From: Chrysomallon squamiferum
Taxonomy: Eukaryota; Animalia; Mollusca
NCBI GenBank assembly: GCA_012295275.1
Contig: CM022676.1
Coordinates: 15,996,001 to 16,060,000 of the forward strand
Direction: 5' to 3'
Length of the DNA: 64,000 bases
Below, piece by piece: positions 48,440-63,195 of this stretch. The notes beneath the pieces are model-generated. The model did no database searches. It saw nothing but the letters and a program-made list of their open reading frames with translations, and was not told the origin of the DNA. Position numbers and translations under genes: made by a program. Positions within the stretch are counted from its first letter, which is position 1. Every line of letters starts with the position of its first letter.

Positions 48440-48667
48440 GTTTACGAAGAACTTCTGTAGCAGCAGACACGTTTCAAAACTAACAACTGTGTTTCGTCTC
48501 TTAAAGCACAGAGAAAGGGAAGATTTAACCCTCTGTCTGAGAGAGAAGTCAACAGCGTGTTTATTCCGAACCACGCGGAGTCTTACAATACGACTGATGA
48601 AATCGATTCTCCTCAGCCAGAACCTCCTCAATTCTGTCACACCTCCCCAAAACACTCCCCCCTGTAA
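48425..48667 (+). pseudogene. Candidate cytoplasmic-tail exon KSGEKVYEELL*QQTRF...SPKHSPL* (duplicate starts 55409)
   Basis: gtctttgcttccag acceptor; 81 codons with one internal TAG; hydrophilic, Pro/Ser-rich, YxxL motif. Confidence 0.4.
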
Positions 48668-49908
48668 ATACGCAAACCTATACTTTTAAATAGAATCTAA
48701 AACATACCATCACAAATGTTCGATATCTGTGAACACGATAACAGTAAATATACATGGATCATGTTACTACTGTTATAAAAATATGATATACAAAATGTCA
48801 AAATATAAAATGTATCTATATGTCATATCACGTACCGGCGTCACCCTTCACCTAAAATGTTGCAAGAACAACAAGTCGAATTGTATTATGATTTAAACTC
48901 AAGACTTCTTTTCTATCTTTACGGTGTTTGATTCATGAACTCTAAACGCGTTTCTATAATTATTATTATTTTTTTTTTTTATAATTATTATTGTTGTTGT
49001 TATTATTATTATTATTTTATTATTTCTGTGTCTGTTTGTATCCATCTTTTAAATCACTGACGTCAGACATTTTGTATTGTATTTTTCTTTTAATTATGAA
49101 CATAACATTTGGACGTCAGCCAACTGTTGTTGCATATTTTGTATGGCAATATTTGGAAGTATGCCAGCTCTAGAATAATGGAAAGTTACGTCGAAGAGAA
49201 CAATTCTGTGTGAATGTATGAATGTCTTTGTATGTGTGTATGCACACCTGTGTGACTTATTAGTGAGTCTTTGACAGACATATTTATAATCATAATTTTG
49301 TTTTCTGTGTAGTGAATTATATAATATTCTCACAATCCTTGTTTTAAGATTCCCAAATAAAGCAGAATGTCTGATACATTTTATATTCAGTAAGGTATGA
49401 TACTACCGTAATATTTATTGTGCTGTAGTGTATATTAGGTTTATAAATTCATATTTTTAAGGTTTTTCAATCTTTAGCTGATTAGTGTCAGAAAATGGGG
49501 GCAACTACGGATCATTATGATTAAGATTATTATTATTATTATTTACTTATTTATTTCTCTGTTTGCATGTTTCTTCGTAGTCACTGCCGTCAGACATTTT
49601 GTATTGTATTTTTTTGTTGTTATAAAAATACAATATTTGGACGTCAGCCAACTGTTTCTGTATATATTTTATAGCAATATTTGGACGTAAGCCAGCTCTA
49701 CAATAATACAACGTTACGTCCAAGAGAACAGCTCTGTGTGAATATATGAATATCTTTGTATGTGTGTATTCACGTAAAACAAATGACAGATAAACAGAGA
49801 GAGATACATTATTTGTCATTATATTTTTCTTCCGTGAGAATTTGTTACACCTTAGCTACATCTATATTTATCATCTAACGTTTTATAAATTAAATATTTA
49901 ATTCATAC

Positions 49909-49992
49909 CGGAAATTCCTGCCCTGTAAGTGACACCAACACCACAGACATTGTTAGCAACAGCATCAATCTCACCACCACATCGTGTACCAT
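49909..49992 (-). CDS. Orphan signal-peptide exon [28 protein letters not shown]
   Basis: Inverted homologue of 5715-5798 with GTATGA donor. Confidence 0.6.
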
Positions 49993-50202
49993 GATGTGTT
50001 GTGGCTGCAACAAAATAATGAGAATAGTTTTAATTATACTATTCAAAACTTTACTCTACTTCAAAATCAAAACTGATTACATTATATAAATTCGGTATGA
50101 GATTTTTTATTCAGACTTAGGATATATTTTGTATTATTCATTACTGCCCCAGAAAACAACTGGTAATATTTCAAATCGGGCCATGGATTATGGTTAGTAA
50201 TC

Positions 50203-50277
<75 letters not shown>

Positions 50278-50373
50278 TGTATTATTATTATTTTGTAAGC
50301 ACATAAATATATAACAATATAATCATAATTTAAAGTTAAATACAAAAACAAATTTAATAATAGAGGGACAAAG

Positions 50374-50476
<103 letters not shown>

Positions 50477-50797
50477 AAAGAGAGAGAGAAGTATATGGAT
50501 GAAGAAATAACAAATAAAGTATCGACTATGTAATGTTGTTTATGATAATAAGATGATGATGATGATGATAGTGATGATGATGTAACGAGAACAAGTACTA
50601 CCCAAATCAAAATGGTTTAACTCAAGGTACACAAAGTTAATAAAAATAACGGACACTGAAGTCACCTTTGTGGTCACTAAGCATAAAATCAGAATCAGTA
50701 TCATTGAAATCCCAGCCGCTTATTTATAGCTTAATTTTATCTAAAATTACGTGTTTGCCTACCTGTTATGAAAGAGTTCTCCGTTTAAACACCACAG

Positions 50798-50883
50798 GTT
50801 ACCTGAAGATAATTGCAAGATGCTTTTCTTTCCAAAATTTCAGTATACCAAGACCGATGTATGAAGAGGTTATACTGAAGACT
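50798..50883 (+). other. Candidate cytoplasmic exon GYLKIIARCFSFQNFSIPRPMYEEVILKT (duplicate 57730-57815)
   Basis: cacag acceptor and GTGAGT donor; open frame, YxxV motif. Confidence 0.35.
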
Positions 50884-52361
50884 GTGAGTGATTATCACGA
50901 TTCTGCATGTTTCATCTAGTGGTAATCAGCGAAACCGCATTTTGTACTAAACATATTGAATCACAAAGAGAAAAGAAATAAACAGTTTTTCCTATTCATT
51001 TTTTTAAACCACAGACTCAGTCTATAGAAAAGTAGGCACAAGAATCCCTTAATCACACAATACCTCTAGTACTTATGTTTGTAAAAATGAAACTATAACA
51101 TGCGCTTCACCACTATATAGTAACACCGATCACAAACCTGAAAAATATCACATTGAAAGAAAACAGATGAGATTGTGTTTTTTTTTTTTTAAAGTTGCTA
51201 AATATAGTGGGAATGAAGAAGCTCTAGCTATAGTTCTTATTCTACAAACATCAAACAAATATCCATTCATAATTATTATATTCAGTTAGCAAGAACGAAG
51301 TGTAAGTGTGAAGAGAGAAGGAAGAAGACATTACTAACATTCATATTCATTAATTGTTTTATAGCTAAGATTCAGACTGCGCCCATACTGATAAATGACT
51401 GCGTATCGTAGTCACATTTAGTGCTATTTTGATCAATATCACTAATAATGATTTTTTGATCGTTAATGAACTAATTATTTATATGTGTTTTATATTCAAG
51501 AAACCTGATATCTGGTGATCAGTGAGTCCTTTTGGATGAAACGATTTCATTCGAAAGCTACGTTGATAGGGATCTCAAATGTGCCGTTATTTCCTTTATA
51601 TGTACAACTAAACTTTGGAACTTTTTCACCTTTTGTTTGACCTTACATTTGACTTTGTTACCACGTGATCTTCAAATGACCTCACAATATAAACGTTGCA
51701 AAACCTATAACATGTTGAGTTCAGTAGTGAAATGTACGTAATAGAGACGTTCTGACACTTGTTAGTGATTTAATATACACACCTGTCATGAGGTTGCACT
51801 ATTGTTGGATGCAGCTGATGTTATTTTATTCCATCGTTATATTACGGCTAAAATATAATGTGGCGAATTTAAAATTGTATTCTTACTTTACTTATTTCAT
51901 TACATTCTTTGTTGCTTACTCTTGAGGTTGTCATGTCCCTCCTCCTTATTAAATTACACCTCCATAGAACAAAAAAAATAAAATGCCATATACAATTAAA
52001 GAAACATAATGTGACACATAAAATCTTAGACTTACAAGACAAATGACGAGCAGAACATTTTGGTCAACAAGAAAATGTAATCCAGCAGAAGTAGTATGGA
52101 GCACCCTTCTAACTTATTATTAATACTTTTGCTGTGTTCATAATTGATGTTTAGGGCATATATATATATATACACATTGAGAAACTGCTCATGATATCGT
52201 CTAACGCTTATATTCAAGAAACTAAACATATTTATACCTCAAATCCTGAATTCGCTGAAACTTTTATGAGAACTGATTGAATCCACAGAGATGTTCATAT
52301 CAGAATAGCCAAACAAATGAATCAGTGTTTACTTAATCTCTCTCTCTCTCACACACACACA

Positions 52362-52424
<63 letters not shown>

Positions 52425-53946
52425 TATAACACTTAAACACACCCGTAGCTTATGCCGGTTAGGGTTTCTGGAGTATACACACTGACAAACTATTTTAAAT
52501 CAACAAATAAAGATAGATAGACGTCATATTGGCAGATATATGCACAGGGTATATAAATTGGTAAATAAATATGCATGGATAACTGACATACGTACTTTGC
52601 CTTTATGTCACACTGACATGCGCCACTTGTAAACTTACATTCTGAAAGATTTTCTTCGATATTCTTTATATCTTTTCTTTATCTATGTCGTACGTTCCAT
52701 GCCACCTACTAACAATAAAATACTTTGAAACATGATTACCGTTACAAAATTAAACTTAGTCAGTCAACGAGCTACGTATATAAAGATAGAAATCAGGATC
52801 TAAATCACAGTAGTTGTGTTTGACCGAGACAAAATGTTCTGTACAGTTTTTATCAAAGAAATGTGTTTAATTCAGTGTATATGGATTTGCTCATTTCTGA
52901 TATTTACAGTCGCTTCAGGTATGTCAGTTTGATTTTTGTTTTGTTTTATTAATATACGTATTAACAGTGACCTACTTAATAATAATGACATTACAAATTA
53001 TATTCACATGCTTATCGGTTAAATTGAATTTCTCTTTTATACTGTCCATTTTATTTATATCTCAGAAGCAGTGAAACATAGAAGTGTGTTCTAAAAAGAA
53101 TCGTGGTCTGAGTAATGACTTAAACTGCATCAACAAAACATTCACTGATAAACTTTCGTATATAGCATGTTATTTGCTTAAATGTTAAGTATATTTCCTT
53201 ACTATTATTGACACTCCAATTTTGACATTGTCATAAAAACATTTCAGACCTGTAAAATATACGTTATAGAGACGTGCTGACACTTTTTAGTGATTTAATA
53301 TACACACCTGTAATGAGGTTGCACTATTGTTGGTTGCAGCTTATGTTATTTTATAGCATTGTTATATTACGGCTAAAATATAATGTGGCGAAGTTAAAAT
53401 TGTATTCTTACTTTACTTGGGGAATATGACCTGGAATGAAATTTTGTCATATTTTATTACATTCTTTGCTGCTTATTCTTGAGGTTATCATGTTCCTCCT
53501 CCTTATTAAATTACACCGCCACAGAACAAAAACAATAAAACAAATAAACATGCGAATATACAGGCAAGAAGGAAAACTGTTCCTGGAAAAAATATGCCTT
53601 GTCGAGACAAGTGGGAACTTGCAGAACCGGTGTTTACCTTCGATCTAAACAGAAGACTGTGGTTAATCGCTGACACTTTTATCATAAGTAATAAGAGTTT
53701 GGCTCTTAGATTTAGTAATATATTATTCTCATTTCTCTTGATGTTGTAACTATGCCGTGTAGTGGTATTTCTAACTGTCTATATGTTCAATACACAAGTC
53801 TTAAAATTTATAAAAATAATCCTTTTTATTTTCCGGTTATCAATTTTGTCTTCAAACAGGTTTCAACTTAAAGTTTCAACTAGCAATTTGGTTTGCTTTA
53901 TTTTGTTTTGTGTAATTATAAATGTATTTCGGAAATAATATATCTC

Positions 53947-54146
53947 NNNNNNNNNNNNNNNNNNNNNNNNNNNNNNNNNNNNNNNNNNNNNNNNNNNNNN
54001 NNNNNNNNNNNNNNNNNNNNNNNNNNNNNNNNNNNNNNNNNNNNNNNNNNNNNNNNNNNNNNNNNNNNNNNNNNNNNNNNNNNNNNNNNNNNNNNNNNNN
54101 NNNNNNNNNNNNNNNNNNNNNNNNNNNNNNNNNNNNNNNNNNNNNN
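53947..54146. other. Assembly gap (200 N)
   Basis: Run of N. Confidence 1.
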
Positions 54147-54214
54147 ATTATTTTGCTTTTATATCGTAATTTTCTATATACAGAAACAAATCACATACCA
54201 CTCGTGTTAATATG

Positions 54215-54252
<38 letters not shown>

Positions 54253-54387
54253 TTTAATGTCACCATTTGAAATTTGCCAATATCTATCCGAGTGTTCTAA
54301 AATCCTAGGTATGATGACGAGCTGATTAAACATTTTCACCGTGGCAATTTTATTTATTATTTTGTTTATCTTTTTTTTTTTTTTTAG

Positions 54388-54562
54388 TTTCGAAGCTAAA
54401 TCCACACAGCATCTCAGTTTGGACAAGGCAGTGGACCTATTTGGCTTGATGGACTTGACTGTAAGGGAGATGAAGAAAGTGTAGACCATTGTTCATACTC
54501 TACTTGGGGTGATAACAACTGCAGTCATCATCAAGACGGGGGAATCAGCTGTTTGAATCGCT
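54388..54562 (+). pseudogene. SRCR C' C-terminal exon duplicate
   Basis: Near-identical to 46879-47053, same -1 frameshift. Confidence 0.85.
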
Positions 54563-56902
54563 GTAAGTAGTGAAATATAGAAGTTAACATTTAGTGAACA
54601 GACAGTTCAGTGTGACAAACTAAATCAGCTTCGAATTTTTTCCACTCCGGTTGCTTCTATTTTTCTTTTCATTCTGCTGTTTTCTCCGACGTCTTCGGTT
54701 TGCACGTTGAGATTAGAGTTGAAGTTCTGGCTTAGAAAGTGTGTGTGTGGCATGGTGTGTGCGTGTGTGCGTGCGTGTGCACTAAATACCGGAATTCACT
54801 ATGATTTTGTCAGTTTAAAACATATCGAATTTCATATAGAATTGTTACAGCCATTTTTTGTTTTATCATTGTATAAATTTACAGGTCAAGAACACTCCAT
54901 AACATACATTTACGTCTCTATAGATTATATATATATGTCCTTTACTGCAGTCGGTTATGCACACCTGCGTATGTTTCTGCTACATTTTAGATTACTATTA
55001 GATTCACCAAAGCATTTTTATTTATTGTCCGCTATTTTTATTGAGTTTTGAATCCTTGATTTGTTTTGTATTCGAGGTCGAATCTGAATAAAATTCTATG
55101 AATACAACATTTCAAGTCTTTTGTTTGTGCTAGTTCTACGAAACTTACCTCGTATTGTGAAAGAAGAAGCATTTACTATCAACCACAAGCTTATAGATCT
55201 TTTATCTCTCTTTCTGAAAGCAAAAACATTTATATTGGATATTACAAATGACATTACGCGACAGAAATTTTGTTTTGTCTAGTTTATGTGCAGCGTGTGA
55301 AAGGTGTATCGCGAACGTTGGTCACACACTACAAATAAAATATACAAAACAAAAATTATGTCGTGTAATGTCATTTATAATATCCAATATAAATGTCTTT
55401 GCTTCCAGAAATCGGGAGAAAAGGTTTATGAAAAACTTCTGTAGCAGCAGACACGTTTCAAAACTAACAGCTGTGTTTCGTCTCTTAAAGCACAGAGAAA
55501 GGGAAGATTTAACCCTCTGTCTGAGAGAGAAGTCAACAGCGTGTTTATTCCGAACCACGCGGAGTCTTACAATACGACTGATGAAATCCATTCTCCTCAG
55601 CCAGAACCTCCTCAATTCTGTTACACCTCCCCAAAACACCCCCCCCCCTTGTAAATACGCAAACCTATACTTTTAAATAGAATCTAAAACATACCATCAC
55701 AAATGTTCGATATCTGTGAACACGATAACAGTAAATATACATGGATCATGTTACTACTGTTATAAAAATCTGATATACAAAATGTCAAAATATAAAATGT
55801 ATCTATATGTCATATCACGCACCGGCGTCACCCTTCACCTAAAATGTTGCAAGAACAACAGGTCGAATTGTATTAAGATTTAAACTCAAGACTTCTTTTC
55901 TATCTTTACGGTGTTTGATTCATGAACTCTAAACGCGTTTCTATAATTATTATTATTATTATTATTTTTATAATTATTATTGTTGTTGTTATTATTATTA
56001 TTATTTTATTATTTCTGTGTTTGTTTGTATCCATCTTTTAAATCACTGACGTCAGACATTTTGTATTGTATTTTTCTTTTAATTATGAACATAACATTTG
56101 GACGTCAGCCAACTGTTGTTTCATATTTTGTATGGCAATATTTGGAAGTAAGCCAGCTGTAGAATAATCGAACGTTACATCGAAGAGAACAATTCTGTGT
56201 GAATGTATGAATGTCTTTGTATGTGTGTATGCACACCTGTGTGACTTATTAGTGAGTCTTTGACAGACATATTTATAATCATAATTTTGTTTTCTGTGTA
56301 GTGAATTATATAATATTCTCACAATCCTTGTTTTAAGATTCCCAAATAAAGCAGAATGTCTGATACATTTTATATTCAGTAAGGTATGATACTACCGTAA
56401 TATTTATTGTGCTGTAGTGTATATTAGGTTTATAAATTCATATTTTTAAGGTTTTTCAATCTTTAGCTGATTAGTGTCAGAAAATGGGGGCAACTACGGA
56501 TCATTATGATTAAGATTATTATTATTATTATTATTATTTACTTATTTATTTCTCTGTTTGCATGTTTCTTTGTAGTCACTGCCGTCAGACATTTTGTATT
56601 GTATTTTTTTGTTGTTATAAAAATACAATATTTGGACGTCAGCCAACTGTTTTGTATATATTGTATAGCAATATTTGGACGTAAGCCAGCTCTACAATAA
56701 TGCAACGTTACGTCCAAGAGAACAGCTCTCTGTGAATATATGAATATCTTTGTATGTGTGTATTCACGTAAAACAAATGACAGATAAACAGAGAGAGATA
56801 CATTATTTGTCATTATATTTTTCTTCCGTGAGAATTTGTTACAACTTAGCTACATCTATATTTATCATCTAACGTTTTATAAATTAAATATTTAATTCAT
56901 AC

Positions 56903-56986
56903 CGGAAATTCCTGCCCTGTAAGTGACACCAACACCACATACATTGTTAGCAACAGCAGCAATCTCACCACCACATCGTGTACCAT
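56903..56986 (-). CDS. Orphan signal-peptide exon [28 protein letters not shown]
   Basis: Tandem duplicate of 49909-49992. Confidence 0.58.
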
Positions 56987-57176
56987 GATGGTTTGTGGCT
57001 GCAACAAAATAATGAGAATAGTTTTAATTATACTATTCAAAACTTTACTCTTCTTCAAAATCAAAACTGATTACATTATATAAATTCGGTATGAGATTTT
57101 TTATTTAGACTTAGGATATATTTTGTATTATTCATTACTGCCCCAGAAAACAACTGGTAATATTTCAATAGTAATC

Positions 57177-57224
<48 letters not shown>

Positions 57225-57320
57225 TGTATTATTATTATTTTGTAAGCACATAAATATATAACAATATAATCATAATATAAAGTTAAATACAAAAACAAAT
57301 TTAATAATAGAGGGACAAAG

Positions 57321-57445
<125 letters not shown>

Positions 57446-59108
57446 GAGAGAAGAAAGAGAGAGAGAAGTATATGGATGAAGAAATAACAAATAAAGTATC
57501 GATTATGTAATGTTGTTTATGATAATAAGATGATGATGATGATGATAGTGATGATGATGTAACGAGAACAAGTACTACCCAAATCAAAATGGATTAACTC
57601 AAGGTACACAAAGCATAAAATCAGAATCAGTATCATTGAAATCCCAGCCGCTTATTTATAGCTTAATTTTATCTAAAATTACGTGTTTGCCTACCTGTTA
57701 TGAAAGAGTTCTCCGTTTAAACACCACAGGTTACCTGAAGATAATTGCAAGATGCTTTTCTTTCCAAAATTTCAGTATACCAAGACCGATGTATGAAGAG
57801 GTTATACTGAAGACTGTGAGTGATTATCACGATTCTGCATGTTTCATCTAGTGGTAATCAGCGAAACCGCATTTTGTACTAAACATATTGAATCACAAAG
57901 AGAAAAGAAATAAACAGTTTTTCCTATTCTTTTTTTAAACCACAGACTCAGTCTATAGAAAAGTAGGCACAAGAATCCCTTAATCACACAATACCTCTAG
58001 TACTTGTGTTAGTAGAAATGAAACTATAACATGCGCTTCACCACTATATAGTAACACCGATCACAAACCTGAAAAATATCACATTGAAAGAAAACAGATG
58101 AGATTGTGTTTTAAAAAAAAAAAAAAGTTGCTAAATATAGTGGGAATGAAGAAGCTCTAGCTATAGTTCTTATTCTACAAACATCAAACAAATATCCATT
58201 CATAATTATTATATTCAGTTAGCAAGAACAAAGTGTAAGTGTGAAGAGAGAAGGAAGAAGACATTACTAACATTCATATTCATTAATTGTTTTATAGCTA
58301 AGATTCAGACTGCGCCCATACTGATAAATGACTGCGTATCGTAGTCACATTTAGTGCTATTTTGATCAATATCACTAATAATGATTTTTTGATCGTTAAT
58401 GAACTAATTATTTATATGTGTTTTATATTCAAGAAACCTGATATCTGGTGATCAGTGAGTCCTTTTGGATGAAACGATTTCATTCGAAAGCTACGTTGAT
58501 AGGGATCTCAAATGTGCCGTTATTTCCTTTATATGTACAACTAAACTTTGGAACTTTTTCACCTTTTGTTTGACCTTACATTTGACTTTGTTACCACGTG
58601 ATCTTCAAATGACCTCACAATATAAAAGTTGCAAAACCTATAACATGTTGAGTTCAGTAGTGAAATGTACGTAATAGAGACGTTCTGACACTTGTTAGTG
58701 ATTTAATATACACACCTGTCATGAGGTTGCACTATTGTTGGATGCAGCTTATGTTATTTTATTCCATCGTTATATTACGGCTAAAATATAATGTGGCGAA
58801 TTTAAAATTGTATTCTTACTTTACTTATTTCATTACATTCTTTGTTGCTTACTCTTGAGGTTATCATGTCCCTCCTCCTTATTAAATTACACCTCCATAG
58901 AACAAAAAAAAAAAAAAAAAAAAAAATAAAAAAAAAATGTCATATACAATTAAAGAAACATAATGTGACACATAAAATCTTAGACTTACAAGACAAATGA
59001 CGAGCAGAACATTTTGGTCAACAAGAAAATGTAATCCAGCAGAAGTAGTATGGAGCACCCTTCTAACTTATTATTAATACTTTTGCTGTTTTAATAATTG
59101 ATGTTTAG

Positions 59109-59147
<39 letters not shown>

Positions 59148-59306
59148 TGAGAAACTGCTCATGATATCGTCTAACGCTTATATTCAAGAAACTAAACATA
59201 TTTTTACCTCAAATCCTGAATTCGCTGAAACTTTTATGAGAACTGATTGAATCCACAGAGATGTTCATATCAGAATAACCAAACAAATGAATCAGTGTTT
59301 ACTTAA

Positions 59307-59382
<76 letters not shown>

Positions 59383-61013
59383 ATATACACTATAACAATT
59401 AAACACACCCGTACCTTATGCCGGTTAGGGTTTCTGGAGTATACACACTGACAAACTATTTTAAATCAACAAATAAAGATAGATAGACGTCATATTGGCA
59501 GATATATGCACAGGGTATATAAATTGGTAAATAAATATACATGGATAACTGACATACGTACTTTGCCTTTATGTCACACTGACATGCGCCACTTGTAAAC
59601 TTACATTCTGAAAGATTTTCTTCGATATTCTTTATATCTTTTCTTTATCTATGTCGTACGTTCCATGCCACCTACTAACAATAAAATACTTTGAAACATG
59701 ATTACCGTTCCAGAATTAAACTTAGTCAGTCAACGAGCTACGTATATAAAGATAGAAATCAGGATCTAAATCACAGTAGTTGTGTTTGACCGAGACAAAA
59801 TGTTCTGTACAGTTTTTATCAAAGAAATGTGTTTAATTCAGTGTATATGGATTTGCTCATTTCTGATATTTACAGTCGCTTCAGGTATGTCAGTTTGATT
59901 TTTGTTTTGTTTTATTAATATACGTATTAACAGTGACCTACTTAATAATAATGACATTACAAATTATATTCACATGCTTATCGGTTAAATTGAATTTCTC
60001 TTTTATACTGTCCATTTTATTTATATCTCAGAAGCAGTGAAACATAGAAGTGTGTTCTAAAAAGAGAATCGTGGTCTGAGTAATGACTTAAACTGCATCA
60101 ACAAAACATTCACTGATAAACTTTCGTATATAGCATGTTATTTGCTTAAATGTTAAGTATATTTCCTTACTATTATTGACACTCCAATTTTGACATTGTC
60201 ATAAAAACATTTCAGACCTGTAAAATATACGTTATAGAGACGTGCTGACACTTTTTAGTGATTTAATATACACACCTGTAATGAGGTTGCACTATTGTTG
60301 GTTGCAGCTTATGTTATTTTATAGCATTGTTATATTACGGCTAAAATATAATGTGGCGAAGTTAAAATTGTATTCTTACTTTACTTGGGGAATATGACCT
60401 GGAATGAAATTTTGTCATATTTTATTACATTCTTTGTTGCTTATTCTTGAGGTTATCATGTCCCTCCTCCTTATTAAATTACACCGCCACGGAACAAAAA
60501 CAATAAAACAAATACACATGCGAATATACAGGCAAGAAGGAAAACTGTTCCTGGAAAAAATAGGCCTTGTCGAGACAAGTGGGAACTTGCAGAACCGGTG
60601 TTTACCTTCGATCTAAACAGAAGACTGTGGTTAATCGCTGACACTTTTATCATAAGTAATAAGAGTTTGGCTCTTAGATTTAGTAATATATTATTCTCAT
60701 TTCTCTTGATGTTGTAACTATGCCGCGTAGTGGTATTTCTAACTGTCTATATGTTCAATACACACGTCTTAAAATTTATAAAAATAATCCTTTTTATTTT
60801 CCGGTTATCAATTTTGTCTTCAAACAGGTTTCAACTTAATGTTTCAACTAACAATTTGGTTTGCTTTATTTTGTTTTGTGTAATTATAAATGTATTTCGG
60901 AAATAATATATCTCTTTCTACTTTTTATTACTGTGCTGATTATTTCATGGTTGAAGGTGGCATTATTAGTTGTTAGAATGTCGATTTATTTATTTTTCCT
61001 TTTTTTTTCCATT

Positions 61014-61083
<70 letters not shown>

Positions 61084-61629
61084 GAGTATTGAGAGTATCT
61101 GGTCCACAAGGTGTATCTTGTTTACTGTTTTCTGACTGTGCATATTAAATTAAACAGCTATCGCAGGATAGAATATTTCAAAAATAACAAAATACAACAG
61201 CATCAAGCAATTAAGCAGTACCCTTAACAAGTTGCACCACTTGTTTATACCTTTTTTCTGACTTTGACCGCAGTAAAGTGACACCTGACAACCCAAGAAC
61301 CGTGATTTATAAGTTATGTGACTTCAGTCACGTTTTCCCGAGCAGACGATGTTTTGTATTAACGAGATTATTACACTGAAGATAAAAAGAGAAGAACTTT
61401 CAAACAGAAAGTTGTCATTTGGAAAGAGTTCAACCACAATAAAACAGTTTAAAGAGATTATAATTATATGACGTATTTACTTACTATTCTTATTTTCTTT
61501 TTTAATTGTTATTCTTGTTGCTGTGGTCCTTGATGCAGATATAAAAATACTTCAAGCAATCATTTCTCATTTGAAATTTTGGTGTCTATATTGTTATTGT
61601 TATTGTTATTGTTGTTGTTGTTGTTGTTG

Positions 61630-61667
<38 letters not shown>

Positions 61668-63074
61668 TATTTATTTATTCATTATTTTCACTGTGGGCTT
61701 TTGGACCCTAAGGCATGTTTGTATTTTCTTGATTATCTCTATTTCAATATAGTTTGTGGTATGTTGTAGTTTGTTGTTTCTTGTTTCAGTGGAAGGATAC
61801 ATTCCTGTTAACTGTGAGTTACCCCTGTACTCTGTATCTTAGTTTATTTGTGATAGTGTTTGTTAACGTCCAGCACAGATAGCAGTTTGTAATAAACTAG
61901 TTACACACATTTAGTATGCACTATTATTTTTATTATTACTATTATTATTATTATTGTTTTGTTTTGTTTTTTTACTTATTTATTTGTGGTGCCATTAGAG
62001 CTGCTAGCCCATCATCATCATCATTTTTGTTATTATTATTATCATAATTATAATAATTTTTATTTTTATTATTGTCATCGTCTTTATTACTGTTATTGTT
62101 ATTGATGAATTGCAGTTATTTATCATCTGACAATGTAGACAAATGCAGATAATTTTTACTGTTTGTTTCTGCACTTATGCACAGACTATTAACAATGAGT
62201 TTATCAGATCGTCGTACAATACACCCGGTGTACCCTTCTTGTCTCGCCATACACCCTGTTTAATCTGATCTACATAAGAAACAAACACGCACTCGCTATA
62301 CTGGTTACACGAGTATCATTTGAGCAGGTTGTGTTAGGAGGTTAAATCTGTTTCAGATTAATGACTCTTTATTTTACGTGGCTTTGCAAATAATTTAGTC
62401 TGGTTTATTTTACAACTTTGGCGTGTGATCTACTTGGCGTAAAACTAATTTGGCGTCAGATTTATAGCTGGCAGGTAAAATAATATTTCAAGATATACAT
62501 ATATGCAAGAACATTACTTCGAAGCTACTTGGTCACTGATACATATATGATAATAAAAACAAAAATAAACAAAATAATAATTAAAATAAGTGTGTAGAAT
62601 CTTCTGGTTGTAGAATAAATGTGTAGATTACACTCCAAATATTTTCTTGCGTTTCAGTTCATCGATTAATTATAAACATATAAATTAGAGAATAAAGAAT
62701 AATAATGAATAAAAAAAAATAATAAAATAAAATAAATTTAAAAATTAAATTAATATAACAATAATAATAAAAATAAGCTTGTAGAATGTTGTCGGTGTAG
62801 ATCACAAGGCAAAATAACACCCATCTAGCTATCGTGGTAGCAGTACTGAGCTGTTGCTGTCTGATCTAAATAACAAACATTCACGTTTTAGAAAATTCAC
62901 TGAGTGAAAACGAGCTATTAAGTCATAAACAGTTCACAGCCAACAGAACATTTTAAAATTATTTTGACGTAAAATATAATTCTTTTGTGTGCGAGTTTTT
63001 TCAATTGCATATATAACTATAGACATGGGTGCCACATAATAAACAACATAATTTAGATTTTTAATGACTGTGAT

Positions 63075-63089
63075 TATATATTATTATTA

Positions 63090-63181
<92 letters not shown>

Positions 63182-63195
63182 ATTATTATTATTAT
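63075..63195. repeat. (ATT)n microsatellite
   Basis: Direct reading. Confidence 0.95.

Noticed and set aside
48264-48689. 141-aa ORF and overlapping minus-strand ORFs, repeated at 55248-55676
   Set aside because: No recognisable domain; recurrence reflects the tandem duplication; a different frame after the acceptor is more plausible
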